Assembly (NCBI GenBank): GCA_040005235.1
Contig: JBDTZG010000063.1
Location: 1-28,555 of the forward strand
DNA from: Acidobacteriota bacterium
Lineage (GTDB): Bacteria; Acidobacteriota; Thermoanaerobaculia; Multivoradales; UBA5704
Length of the DNA: 28,555 nucleotides
Direction of reading: 5' to 3'
In this document: positions 1-9,302 of the stretch, piece by piece
How positions within the stretch are numbered: position 1 is the first letter of the stretch
Layout of the letters: each line of letters opens with the position of its first letter
The notes under the pieces: model-generated
Database searches by the model: none
Told to the model about the DNA's origin: nothing
What the model saw: only the letters and a program-made list of their open reading frames with translations
Translations under genes and position numbers: made by a program

Positions 1-107
1 AGGCTGCGCTCGAAGATCCGGTTGGCTTTCCACTCCTCCAGAACCTCCAATTCGAGGGTGGGGAAGGGGTAGCCGCCGGGCAGATCGGGAAATCGGGAGT
101 CGCTCAT
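1..107 (-). CDS. ileS: Isoleucyl-tRNA synthetase (type 2), N-terminal fragment running off the window edge
   Basis: Manual translation from ATG at 107: MSDSRFPDLPGGYPFPTLELEVLEEWKANRIFERS, matching the FP..E..VL..W...IFE.S N-terminus of IleRS2. Not in the ORF track. Confidence 0.75.
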   Translation of the reverse strand, partial: MSDSRFPDLPGGYPFPTLELEVLEEWKANRIFERS

Positions 108-169
108 GGGTCTCGGGGGTGCCTGTCTATAGGTTGAAAGTCCGGGTCGTTTCCGGAAGGGAGCCCCAC

Positions 170-239
170 ATTGTACCCGGGGTGAGAGGAAGGAATCCCG
201 TCCCAATCCCCGATGTTCGAAGAAGGGGGCGCGTATAAT
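170..239. promoter_or_regulatory. Divergent -10 elements for ileS and def
   Basis: TACAAT on - strand (175-170) facing ileS; TATAAT on + strand (234-239) just before def. Confidence 0.5.
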
Positions 240-243
240 CCCT

Positions 244-837
244 GTGAGCACAACCGCTATGGCCGTCCGACCGATCCTCCGCCTGGGGCACCCGGCACTT
301 CGCGTGCCGGCGAAAGCCGTGGAGGTCGCCCAGGTCGGCCGAGGGGAGGTTCAGGACCTGATCGACGACATGATCGAGACCATGCGCTCCGAGTCGGGGG
401 TGGGTTTGGCGGCGCCGCAGGTGGGCGCGGACCTCCAGTTGTTCGTCTATGAGCGCCATGTGGACGAAGAGGGGTCCGATCCGGCCTATCCGGACATTCC
501 GCTTCGGGTGGTGATCAACCCGATGGTCGCCCCGACCTCCCACGAGATGGTGTACGACTGGGAGGGGTGCCTGTCGATTCCCGACCTGCGCGGCCTGGTG
601 CCGCGGCATCACAGCGTCAGAGTGCGCGGCCTCGACCGGGCGGGCCGTCCGACCGATTTCATCGCCGCGGGCTTCGAGGCGCGGATCATCCAGCACGAGT
701 TCGACCATCTGAACGGCGTCGTCTTCCTCGACCGGATGGGGGATCTGCGTTCACTCAGTTTCACCGACGAGTGGAGCCGCTTCCTGGTGAATTCGCGGCA
801 AGAGGGCGAGCGGGAAGAGGTCGCCGCCCTCGGCTGA
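244..837 (+). CDS. def: Peptide deformylase
   Basis: All three motifs present: GVGLAAPQVG, EGCLS, QHEFDHLNG. Start is GTG 244 or ATG 259. Confidence 0.97.
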   Translation: MSTTAMAVRPILRLGHPALRVPAKAVEVAQVGRGEVQDLIDDMIETMRSESGVGLAAPQVGADLQLFVYERHVDEEGSDPAYPDIPLRVVINPMVAPTSHEMVYDWEGCLSIPDLRGLVPRHHSVRVRGLDRAGRPTDFIAAGFEARIIQHEFDHLNGVVFLDRMGDLRSLSFTDEWSRFLVNSRQEGEREEVAALG

Positions 838-891
838 CCGGCCTTCCCCGGCCGTCAGGACAGACCCGTCAGGGTCCTTCGTTTCAATACT

Positions 892-1374
892 TTGGCGCGC
901 GAGATCGTCATCGCCTGGGCCGGCCGGCACCAGCGTTCGGCCTGGGAGGATCTGTGCGCCGACTACCGCAAGCGGATCGAGCGGTCCTTGCCGGTGCGCG
1001 ATCTGGCGATCCGCGCCCGGGTGAGCGCCGAGGACCCGCAACGCCGCCGGGCGGAAGGGCAGGCGCTGCTCGCGGCGCTGCCGGATCCCTGTTGGGTCGT
1101 GGCGCTCGATTCGCGCGGCACAGTGGTCTCCTCCGAGACGCTGGCGGAGGAATTGGCGCGTTTGAAAAGGGAGTGGCCGCACCCGGTGGCGTTCCTCCTG
1201 GGCTCCGATTTGGGCCTCGACCGGGAGGTGCTCGACGCCGCCCGGAAGGTGATCGCGTTCGGGCCGATGACCCTGTCGCACGAGCTGGCTCGGCTGGTGC
1301 TTTACGAGCAGCTTTACCGAGGCCTCTCGATCGCGGCCGGAATCGGTTATCATCGCGCGCCTTCAAACGGCTGA
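892..1374 (+). CDS. rlmH: 23S rRNA (pseudouridine1915-N3)-methyltransferase RlmH
   Basis: 160 aa SPOUT-type protein with ALDSRG, FLLGSDLGL, MTLSHELARLVLYEQLYR and GYHR. Confidence 0.93.
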   Translation: MAREIVIAWAGRHQRSAWEDLCADYRKRIERSLPVRDLAIRARVSAEDPQRRRAEGQALLAALPDPCWVVALDSRGTVVSSETLAEELARLKREWPHPVAFLLGSDLGLDREVLDAARKVIAFGPMTLSHELARLVLYEQLYRGLSIAAGIGYHRAPSNG

Positions 1375-1398
1375 AGTGGAGCTGGAAAGGAGAGGGTA

Positions 1399-1800
1399 GT
1401 GCCTAAGACTCAGAAGACCCAGGCGGTTGCGCAGGCGCCGAGCGACGAGTTCGGCCCCATGCGGGATCGGCTTCTCCATCAAAAGAACGAGATGACCAAG
1501 CTGTATCGGGCGGACCTTCAGGCGGGGCAGGAAGCCGCCGACGACGGAACCGACGACATCGTGGACCGGGCGAACAACGCCTATAACCGCGAGCTCAACT
1601 TTTCCCTGTCGGACTCCGAGCGCCTCCTGCTGCTCCAGATCGAAGAGGCCCTGCGCCGCGTCGACGATGGCAGTTACGGCCGCTGCGCGAGTTGCGGCAA
1701 CCCGATCGCCCTGCCGCGGCTCGAAGCGGTTCCTTGGGCTCGGTACTGCATCGACTGCCAAGAGCTGGCGGAAAAAGGCCTGCTCGGCGACTCGGATTAA
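1399..1800 (+). CDS. DksA/TraR family C4 zinc-finger protein
   Basis: Coiled coil with DIVDRA tip, then YGRCASCG...RLEAVPWARYCIDCQ. Confidence 0.92.
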   Translation: MPKTQKTQAVAQAPSDEFGPMRDRLLHQKNEMTKLYRADLQAGQEAADDGTDDIVDRANNAYNRELNFSLSDSERLLLLQIEEALRRVDDGSYGRCASCGNPIALPRLEAVPWARYCIDCQELAEKGLLGDSD

Positions 1801-1867
1801 AGCTTTGACGTCTGGGACTCTTCCCGAGGGTTCCAGACACCCGTCCCGCCTGTAGAGTCCCAGGAAC

Positions 1868-3340
1868 ATGCCCATCACGGTCGATCGATTGCTCGCGAAC
1901 CTCGAAGCGGGGCCTCCCCCCGGCGTGGTTCTGGTGATCGGCGACCTTACGCTCGCCGAGGCCGGTGCGCAGCGGATCGCCGACCGGCTCGCCGAGGCTG
2001 TCGGCTGCACGGTCGAAACGCACCGCCACCCCCCCTCGCTCGAACCGATCCTGGCCGATCTGCGCACCTTTTCCCTGTTCGCTGCGGGAAAAGTCGCGCT
2101 GGTGATCGATACGGCGGTGCTCGCCGACCGGAGCTTGGCGGCCGCTTTGATCGACGACGTGCGGGACGTTCTGCCGTTTGCGGGCGGCGACCGGAACCTC
2201 TCCGGCAAAGAGCGTCAAGCGGCGGCCCGGCTGCTTCAGGCGCTACGGCTGTTCGATGTCGATCCGTATGCGGGTGCCGCCGCGGATCGGATCTCCGATC
2301 TGCCGGATTGGGCGCTCGAGGGGGCGAGTGGCAGGCGGAAGGCGAAAAAGGGGAACGACGAGCTGCAAGCCGGGCTCGCGGCACTGCTCGAAGCCGCCCG
2401 CCGCGAGGATCTTCAAGGGTGGGCCGAAGGGAGCGCCGCGGCGCTCGCGGAGGTGATTCGCGCGGGGCTGCCGCCGGGCCACGCGCTGGTGCTCGCCGAG
2501 CGCGCGGTGGCCGAAGGGCACCCGATTCTCGATTCGCTCGAAGAGCGGAAAGCCGTCGTCCGGCTGGCCGAGATCGAATCCGAGCGCGGCGGCTGGCAGG
2601 GGCTCGACACTCTCGCCGCCGAGCTGGCGCGCCAGACGGGGGTGGGAATCGCGAGCGACGCGATGGCCGAGCTGGCGCGCCGGACGTTGCGGCAAGGGGA
2701 GAAGAGGAAAGAGGGGGGAGCTGCGGAGGCCGAGTCGTCGTCGCGCCTTGCTGGCGAGTACCGGAAGCTCGCGAACCTCGCCGGAGTCGGTGGGCGGATC
2801 GACCGGCGGATGGTCGAGGCGAACATCGAGGACCGCGGGGAAGAGGACGTCTGGCAGATCCTCGACGCGATCGGCGGCGGCCGGGCGGGAGAGGCTCTCG
2901 ACCGCTTGTCGCGACTGCTCGCCTCGGCGGAAGAACCGATCGCGGCGCGGCTGTCGTTTTTCGGGCTGCTCGCCGCCTATTGCCGCCAGTTGACCGCGGT
3001 GGCGGGGTTGATCCGGATCTCGGGCCTTCCAGCCGGCGAGACGAGCTATCCCCGCTTCAAAGACAAATTGGCCCCGGCGCTCCAGAAGGAGCTGCCCGGC
3101 GGCGGCAAGAACCCACTTGCGGGTCTCCACCCCTTCCGGTTGCACAAGGCGTATCTCGCCGCCTCCCGCCTGCCGTTGGCGCTCGCCTCGCGGCTGCCGG
3201 CCGAGGTGCTCGACACCGAAACCCAGATCAAGGGCGAAAGCCGCGACCCGGACGTGGCGCTCGGACGGCTGGTGGCGCTGCTCGCGGGGACCTCTTCTTC
3301 GTCGTCCTCCCCGAGGCGCGCCAGCCGAACGGGCTCCTAG
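1868..3340 (+). CDS. DNA polymerase III delta (HolA)-like protein, enlarged
   Basis: LRTFSLF..KVALV, EYRKLA.L, EDVWQILDAI, HPFRLHKA and ETQIKGE resemble the HolA layout; 490 aa is longer than usual. Confidence 0.65.
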   Translation: MPITVDRLLANLEAGPPPGVVLVIGDLTLAEAGAQRIADRLAEAVGCTVETHRHPPSLEPILADLRTFSLFAAGKVALVIDTAVLADRSLAAALIDDVRDVLPFAGGDRNLSGKERQAAARLLQALRLFDVDPYAGAAADRISDLPDWALEGASGRRKAKKGNDELQAGLAALLEAARREDLQGWAEGSAAALAEVIRAGLPPGHALVLAERAVAEGHPILDSLEERKAVVRLAEIESERGGWQGLDTLAAELARQTGVGIASDAMAELARRTLRQGEKRKEGGAAEAESSSRLAGEYRKLANLAGVGGRIDRRMVEANIEDRGEEDVWQILDAIGGGRAGEALDRLSRLLASAEEPIAARLSFFGLLAAYCRQLTAVAGLIRISGLPAGETSYPRFKDKLAPALQKELPGGGKNPLAGLHPFRLHKAYLAASRLPLALASRLPAEVLDTETQIKGESRDPDVALGRLVALLAGTSSSSSSPRRASRTGS

Positions 3341-3376
3341 AAAGAAACTCGTCCGAAAATTCAGGCTCGGTCTTCC

Positions 3377-3446
3377 CGTAGGGGCGGAGCTTGCCTCCGC
3401 CCGAGATCTGCGGCAACCGCGGGCGGAGGCAAGCTCCGCCCCTACG
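3377..3446. repeat. GTAG-family REP doublet (REPIN) between convergent genes
   Basis: CGTAGGGGCGGAGCTTGCCTCCGCCCG (3377-3403) and its exact reverse complement (3420-3446); each arm is GTAG plus a hairpin. Confidence 0.9.
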
Positions 3447-3470
3447 CCGTCCCGTGCCGGGAGGCGCGCC

Positions 3471-4424
3471 TCAGCCGCGTCCGGGTACGCCGGTCGGAAA
3501 GCCTAGCTCCAGCTTCAGCCGCCGGAACGTCGAGAGCAGCCGGTCGCGCTCGGCGTCGCCCAGGTAGTCGCGCCGTCCGAACAGCTGGCGGTAGCGGGCG
3601 GCGAGATGGGGAAACTCCTGCTCGATCCATGGAATGAAACGCGCGCGGGCCGCGGGCTTCAAATAGACCGCGCCGCCGTGGACGTTGCTCGCCCCCGCGT
3701 CTTTCGCCGCTTCGAGCAGCGGGCGCAGCTGGTCCTCGCCGTCGTTCAAGCCGGGCATGATCGGCATGCAGAAGACGTCGGTCTGGATGCCCGCCGCGGC
3801 GAGCCGCCGCACGGTGCGCAGGCGCGCCCTGGGATCGGGGGCGTAGGGCTCCATTCTCCGGGCGAGCTGGGGATCGAGCGTGGTGATCGTGCAGTGGACC
3901 GAGATCGAGTGCCGCGCGTCCAGCTCGGTCAAAAGGTCTAGATCGCGCAGGATGAGCGGCGACTTGGTGGTGATCGACAGTTGGAGACCTTCGACCCGGG
4001 TGAAGATCTCAAGCAGCGAGCGGGTTACCCGATGGTGGCGCTCGGCCGGCTGGTAGGGATCGGTGGCGGTGCCGATCGCGATCGGCTGCCCCTGGAGAGC
4101 CGCCTTGCGCAGCTTCTTGAGCAGCGACTCGGCCGCGCCTTCCTTGATGAAGATCTTCCGCTCGAAGTCTTCCCACTTGCCCAAATCGAAGAAATCGTGG
4201 GTGTAGCGGGCGTAGCAATAGGTGCAGCCGAACTCGCAGCCCCGATAGGGATTCACCGTCCAGGTGAACGGCATCCGTTCGGTGGTGCAGCGGTTCAGGA
4301 TCTCGCGGATCGGGATGCCGAAATACTCTACTCCGGCGCGGCTGCGAAAGGCTTCGGCGTCCGGATCGGGACGGCCGACTTGCCGGTAGGCGGGGAAGAG
4401 CGGAAGGAGCGCTTGTGCCGACAT
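3471..4424 (-). CDS. Radical SAM protein, PA0069/Rv2578c (spore photoproduct lyase-like) family
   Basis: NPYRGCEFGCTYCYAR (CxxxCxxC), GTATDPYQPAE, ITTKS..ILRDLDLL. Confidence 0.9.
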   Translation of the reverse strand: MSAQALLPLFPAYRQVGRPDPDAEAFRSRAGVEYFGIPIREILNRCTTERMPFTWTVNPYRGCEFGCTYCYARYTHDFFDLGKWEDFERKIFIKEGAAESLLKKLRKAALQGQPIAIGTATDPYQPAERHHRVTRSLLEIFTRVEGLQLSITTKSPLILRDLDLLTELDARHSISVHCTITTLDPQLARRMEPYAPDPRARLRTVRRLAAAGIQTDVFCMPIMPGLNDGEDQLRPLLEAAKDAGASNVHGGAVYLKPAARARFIPWIEQEFPHLAARYRQLFGRRDYLGDAERDRLLSTFRRLKLELGFPTGVPGRG

Positions 4425-4459
4425 ACGCTCTGTTTACGCTCATTTTTCCGCCCTGTCAA
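4424..4459 (-). promoter_or_regulatory. Sigma70-type promoter of the radical SAM gene, likely leaderless, overlapped by direct repeats
   Basis: TTGACA (4459-4454), 17 nt, TAAACA (4436-4431), 6 nt, ATG; GAGCGTA repeated at 11-bp spacing. Confidence 0.7.
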
Positions 4460-4513
4460 GTGTTTTTTGCGCCGGACTTACGCCTTCGAGTCGATAGCGG
4501 CACCGCCATCCCG

Positions 4514-4534
4514 ACCCAGGCTGGAGGCCTGGGT
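4514..4534. repeat. Single palindromic unit of the CCCAGG repeat family
   Basis: ACCCAGGCTGGAGGCCTGGGT hairpin; the 20-nt core recurs at 15596-15615. Confidence 0.75.
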
Positions 4535-4552
4535 GGGAAAAAACTTACGCCT

Positions 4553-5734
4553 CTACTCTCCCAGATCGAACAGCGATCGTGCTTCGGGGGTCTTGGCTTC
4601 GGCCGGTTCCGACTTCGCCTCGGCGAGGCGCGGTCCGAGGATCGCCCCGAGGCTCGCGAGCATCTTCGGAGGATCGCGTCGGGCGCTCGGCGGCGGGGGC
4701 GGCCCGTCCCGTCTTGACTCCGAAGCCGGGGCGCTGGGTTCGGTCGACGGTGGCGCAGGCGCTTCGGAAGGCTCGACGGGTTCCGGTCCGGGCAGATACA
4801 TGTAGCGGCCGAGCCCGCGCAGGAACGGCAGGCCGGGCTGGCTTTCGCGGGCGTTTCGGAGCTGGTTGAGCTTCGAGTCGAGATCGTCGATGAAATGGAG
4901 GGCGACGGCTTCGACCGTCATCGGCTCGACCGGCGAGGCGTATTCCTTCTTCCCCTGGTGCGAGAGGATCAGGTGCTCCAGGTGAAGCTGCAGATCGGCG
5001 GGGAAGTCGGGGATCGCGGCGCAGCGTTCGCGCAGCAGATCGCGGCCGATCACCACGTGACCGATCAGGCGGCCGACCAGCGTGTAGTCGTTCGCCGGCA
5101 TGGCCCCCAGCTCGTAGAGCTTACCCAGGTCGTGGAACAGGACGCCGATCAGCAGCAGATCGCGGTCCAGCTCTTTCCAGTGCCCGGCGACTGCCACGGC
5201 GAACTCGGCCATCGAGACCACGTGCTCCAGCAAACCGCCGCGGTAGGCGTGGTGCATCCCTTTGGCCGCCGGGTGCTCGCGCAACGCGGCGCCGTAGATC
5301 TCCATCGTTTCGCTCGCGAGGCGGCGCAGGACCGGCCGCTCCACCTGCTCGGTCATCAGGAAGGTCAGACGCCGCCAGAGGTCGCCGATGTCCTCGCGGG
5401 TGGACGGCACGAGCAGCGACTCGTCGAAACCGTGCTTGTGATCCTCGTCCGTCGTCTCGCGGCATTCGTCGATCGAGAGCTGGAGCTGCTCCTTGTACAA
5501 CTTGACCAAACCGCGGAACGCGATGAAGCGATGGACCTCGAACTGTCCCTGCATGGCCGGGCTGTCGGCCCAGATCTTCGCCGCCATCGAACCCGAGGAA
5601 TCCGCCACCTCCAGGTCCATGAACGACTTGCCGTTCTTGTCCTGGCGCAGCTCTTTCTTGGTCAGGAGGGCAAACCCCTGGACGGTGTCGCCCGACTGCC
5701 AGGAGCGCACGGGAAGATTCTTCTTGGCTGCCAC
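4553..5734 (-). CDS. YhaM/Cbf1-like 3'-5' exoribonuclease (OB fold + HD domain) with Pro-rich tail
   Basis: OB fold (DSSGSMAAKIW), PAAKGMHHAYRGGLLEH, HDLGK, SHQG, DDLDSK. Start GTG 5734 (or ATG 5752); the track start at 5857 looks overextended. Confidence 0.9.
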   Translation of the reverse strand: MAAKKNLPVRSWQSGDTVQGFALLTKKELRQDKNGKSFMDLEVADSSGSMAAKIWADSPAMQGQFEVHRFIAFRGLVKLYKEQLQLSIDECRETTDEDHKHGFDESLLVPSTREDIGDLWRRLTFLMTEQVERPVLRRLASETMEIYGAALREHPAAKGMHHAYRGGLLEHVVSMAEFAVAVAGHWKELDRDLLLIGVLFHDLGKLYELGAMPANDYTLVGRLIGHVVIGRDLLRERCAAIPDFPADLQLHLEHLILSHQGKKEYASPVEPMTVEAVALHFIDDLDSKLNQLRNARESQPGLPFLRGLGRYMYLPGPEPVEPSEAPAPPSTEPSAPASESRRDGPPPPPSARRDPPKMLASLGAILGPRLAEAKSEPAEAKTPEARSLFDLGE

Positions 5735-5869
5735 GGCGGAGAAACATACCATGCCGAATCGGCCGGTTCGGTCACAGCCTGCGCCCGGGCTGACGCGGTC
5801 CGTCGTTGCCGAAATCTGAGCGGGAGTGAACGCATGAAGCTGGCACCGACAGTGCATTCCGAAAGAGCA

Positions 5870-8563
5870 ATGCGTCTCCTAGCGCGTTGGGCGTTTTTAG
5901 GGGTCGTCGCCGGTTCCTCCCTTCCGGCGGCGGCCCAACCCTCTTTCGATCCCCTGACCCTCCCCGAAGATCAACGAGAGTTCCTCCAGGACGGCCCGGC
6001 GCTGCTGATGCCGCGCGCCGACCGCGATCGGTTTGCCGATCTCGATGCTGCCGCGCGCGCGGATCTGATCCGCGAATTCCTGGCGGATCCCGATCCGGCG
6101 ACGCCGACCAACGAGCTGACCGACGCGATCGAGCGGCGCCGGCGGCTCGCCGCGACGGAATTTTCCAGTCCTCTCGACGTGCGCGCGCAGCTCGTGTTCC
6201 TGAACGGAAAACCCGATCGGCGGACGATCATCGATTGCGCGTTCGCCTTTCGCCCGATCGAGATCTGGGCCTACGGCAGCGTCGGGACCGCTACGGACCC
6301 GAAGGCGAAAGAGGGCAAAGGCAAAGAGATCGAAGAAGACGCCGAGAGTGCGGAGGTCAAGGCGGAGCTGAAAAGGAAAGACGAGCCGAAGGGGCGCATC
6401 CTGGTCTATCAACCGGGCGTCGGCGAGCCCTGGCGCGCCTGGCGGCCGATCGACGGCAAGCGGGCGCTCTACTCCGAGGAGATGGAATTCTGGCTCGGCG
6501 AATGGGAAGCCTTCGGCGGGCGTGCCTCGGTCAAGCGATTCGATCTCCAGGCGTGCAAGCAGGCGCCGCTGGTCGATCGGGCGACCGGCATCTCCGGCCT
6601 GACCGGTCACGGCGAGGCGAAGGGAAAAGTGAAGAACCCGGACGGCTCGACCGTCCGTTACTACCGTGGCTACGCCGAGCGGCCGTGGCCCTGGGGGCGC
6701 GCGACGAAGCCGGAAGGCCTCCTCGATCCGCCCTCCGAGCTGCTGGCTTGGAGCCGCGCGGTCGCGGCGACCGAAACCGCGCCCGCTCCGGCACAGCTCG
6801 CGATTGGGACGTTCGATCTCGACTTTCCACGCGCCGTGAGCCAGCGGATGGTGACGCGCGCTGTCGTCCGTTTGCCTGTCGGACCGCCGCTCGCGCCGAT
6901 CGAAGACGGCAACCGGACGGTCTACAAGCTGCTCGCGTCGGGCGTGGTCGAGCTTTCGGGGCGGGTGTTTTCGGAATTCCGGGTGCGCTTCCGCGTGCCG
7001 GCCGGCGGCGTCGGAAAAGAGAAACAGGACGATCTCTCCATCTCGGTCGAGACGCCTCTCCGGTCGTCGCAGACCTATCTCCTGCGCCTGCGCCTGGTGG
7101 ACGAGGTGAGCGGCGCCGAGCAACAGCTTACCCGGGTGCTCACGGTGCCGGGCGAGCCGGTCGACCGGCTTGGGGCGCTCGTGCCGGCGACGGGCGAGGC
7201 GGTCGGCGTGCCGCTGTTCGCCAAAGACGCCATCCTGCTCGTGCCGCCGGCTGACGAGGTGGCGCTCGGACTCTGGCGCGCCGAGGCGCTGGTCGCGGGC
7301 TCGCGTATCGTCAAGGTCGTGTTCAAGGTGGACGGCGAGCAGCAGTTGATCCGCACCCGCCCGCCGTACGAGGCCGAGGTCCGGCTCTCTTCGACCCCCA
7401 AGGAACAGACGATCCGGGCCGAAGGGTACGACGCCGAGGGCAAGTTTCTCGCCGCCGACCAGTTCGTGATCAACCGGGCGCGCGGCGCATTCGTGATCTC
7501 GATCCTGGAACCCGCCGAGAGCGCGGTAGTGCCCCCCGGACCGTTCGCGGCCTCGGCCGAGGTGGTGCCGCCCGAAGGCCGGCGGATCGAATCGGTCGAA
7601 TTCAAGCTCGACGATCAATCCATTACGACGCTCGCCAAGCCCCCCTGGCAGACGAAAGTCGTGCTGCCAAAGGGGGGCGATCTCGCCTATCTCACGGTGG
7701 TCGCCACACTCGACGACGGCACCCACTCCGAAGCGGTTCGGCTGCTCAACGCGCCGGAGAACTTCACCGAGGTGAACGTCGATCTGATCGAGGTGTTCGC
7801 CGCGGTGACCGACGGCAGCAATCAAATCGTCGAAGGGCTCACGGAAGGCGATTTCGCCCTGACCGAAAACGGCCGGCCGCAAACGATCCAGAAGTTCGAA
7901 CCGGTGGGCAACCTGCCGCTGATCCTCGGCCTCACGCTCGACACCTCAGGCTCGATGGAAAGTTCGCTCTCCGAAGCGGAAAGCGCCGCCGCCGGCTTTC
8001 TCGACCGGCTGGTCAAACCGAAGGATCGCGTTTTCGCGGTCGCGTTCTCCGGCCGGCCCAACCTGCTGATCTCGCCCACCGACGATCTGGGAGCCGTCCG
8101 CGCCGCGCTCGAAGGGCAGCGCGCGCTCGGCAACACGGCGCTCCACGATGCGCTGGTCTCGTCGCTGTTCTATTTCCGCGGTCAACGCGGCCAGAAGGCG
8201 CTGGTCCTCTTGAGCGACGGCGACGACACGGACTCGAAGCTAAGCTGGAAAGACACTCTGGAGTACGCCAAGAGAAGCGGCGTCGCGGTCTACGCGATCG
8301 GCCTCAAAGTCGGCCGGCTCGACATTTCGATCCGCGGCAAACTCAACCAGCTCGCGGAAGAAACCGGCGGCCGGGCCTTTTACATCGACAAAGCCTCCGA
8401 GCTGGGCAACGCCTACGCCGAGATCGAAAAAGAGCTGCGCAGCCGCTACCTCCTAGCCTACCCGTCTGACCAAGACGTCGGCCGCGAAGGCTTCCGGAAG
8501 ATCGAGGTCGAGGTGAAGAAGCGCGGATTGAAGGCGCGTGTGGCTCGGGGGTATTACCCGTAG
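5870..8563 (+). CDS. Secreted protein with GWxTD-like N-domain, Ig-like domains and C-terminal VWA domain
   Basis: Signal peptide MRLLARWAFLGVVAGSSLPAAAQ; DVRAQLVFLNGKPD; MIDAS DTSGSM, TALHDAL, LSDGDD, LAEETGG. Confidence 0.85.
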   Translation: MRLLARWAFLGVVAGSSLPAAAQPSFDPLTLPEDQREFLQDGPALLMPRADRDRFADLDAAARADLIREFLADPDPATPTNELTDAIERRRRLAATEFSSPLDVRAQLVFLNGKPDRRTIIDCAFAFRPIEIWAYGSVGTATDPKAKEGKGKEIEEDAESAEVKAELKRKDEPKGRILVYQPGVGEPWRAWRPIDGKRALYSEEMEFWLGEWEAFGGRASVKRFDLQACKQAPLVDRATGISGLTGHGEAKGKVKNPDGSTVRYYRGYAERPWPWGRATKPEGLLDPPSELLAWSRAVAATETAPAPAQLAIGTFDLDFPRAVSQRMVTRAVVRLPVGPPLAPIEDGNRTVYKLLASGVVELSGRVFSEFRVRFRVPAGGVGKEKQDDLSISVETPLRSSQTYLLRLRLVDEVSGAEQQLTRVLTVPGEPVDRLGALVPATGEAVGVPLFAKDAILLVPPADEVALGLWRAEALVAGSRIVKVVFKVDGEQQLIRTRPPYEAEVRLSSTPKEQTIRAEGYDAEGKFLAADQFVINRARGAFVISILEPAESAVVPPGPFAASAEVVPPEGRRIESVEFKLDDQSITTLAKPPWQTKVVLPKGGDLAYLTVVATLDDGTHSEAVRLLNAPENFTEVNVDLIEVFAAVTDGSNQIVEGLTEGDFALTENGRPQTIQKFEPVGNLPLILGLTLDTSGSMESSLSEAESAAAGFLDRLVKPKDRVFAVAFSGRPNLLISPTDDLGAVRAALEGQRALGNTALHDALVSSLFYFRGQRGQKALVLLSDGDDTDSKLSWKDTLEYAKRSGVAVYAIGLKVGRLDISIRGKLNQLAEETGGRAFYIDKASELGNAYAEIEKELRSRYLLAYPSDQDVGREGFRKIEVEVKKRGLKARVARGYYP

Positions 8564-8725
8564 GGAAAACTCGAGCGGGCCGCTCCGGATCGCTTTTCGG
8601 CCTTCGGCTGGTAGAATAGCCTGCCAGGGCGGTCTCCGCCCTGCCCCCTTTCAGCCGCTACGACCCGGCCGGAGGCCTCGGACTTGAGGCTTTCTTACCC
8701 GATCCGGCCCGAGGAACCCCTGAAC

Positions 8726-9274
8726 ATGGCACGACGGATCAACAACCGGTTGTTCTACTTCACCATCGAGGACGAGGGCATTCTGGCCGAGGCCTTTGCC
8801 CAGTTCCAGCACGAAATCTATGCGATCACCTACAAGGTGATGGGCAGCGAGGACGTGTTCGTCGCGACCAGCGAAACGCGGGACGCGATGGATCGCCACG
8901 ACATTCCGTACAACCTGCTCGCGGAGGAGGACGGCGGCAAGCTCGGCGTGTTCCATTCGCCGCTGTCGCGCGAGGAGCTGTCCGACTACGAGGACGCGCT
9001 ACGCGCCTTGACGCTCGCCACCCGCTCGATCGGGATGGCCTGCGTTGGGATCAACGGCGAGTCGAACCTCGGTTTCGACCTCACGCCGGATGGGGCGAAG
9101 AGCTATACCTACTTCACGGCGCCGGCCGGCCATACCTTCATCTGGCGGACCTTCAAGGAGCGCCAGGAGGCGATCGATTTCCTGTCGCAGCTGACGATCG
9201 GCGAGAAGAAGGCGGTCGAGTGGGCGGAATCGCTGCCGCTCGCGTCGGTCAAAGAGCTCAAGTCCTACCATTGA
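8726..9274 (+). CDS. Hypothetical soluble protein (182 aa) upstream of xseA
   Basis: GC3-rich codon bias, globular composition, GAGGA before ATG 8726, TAGAAT -10 at 8612-8617. Confidence 0.8.
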   Translation: MARRINNRLFYFTIEDEGILAEAFAQFQHEIYAITYKVMGSEDVFVATSETRDAMDRHDIPYNLLAEEDGGKLGVFHSPLSREELSDYEDALRALTLATRSIGMACVGINGESNLGFDLTPDGAKSYTYFTAPAGHTFIWRTFKERQEAIDFLSQLTIGEKKAVEWAESLPLASVKELKSYH

Positions 9275-9302
9275 GCTCGCCGGTTTCCGGACCGACCGCT
9301 CG

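Noticed and set aside
108-243. T-box or riboswitch upstream of ileS
   Set aside because: No T-box consensus or terminator seen; the space is short and holds divergent -10 elements.
3471-4424. Radical SAM as maturase of the RiPP precursor
   Set aside because: PA0069/SPL-like family with no SPASM or RRE features, and about 24 kb away.
4895-5869. N-terminal extension giving a 1222-aa ORF
   Set aside because: It is the antisense shadow of the YhaM-like gene; a signal peptide begins at ATG 5870.
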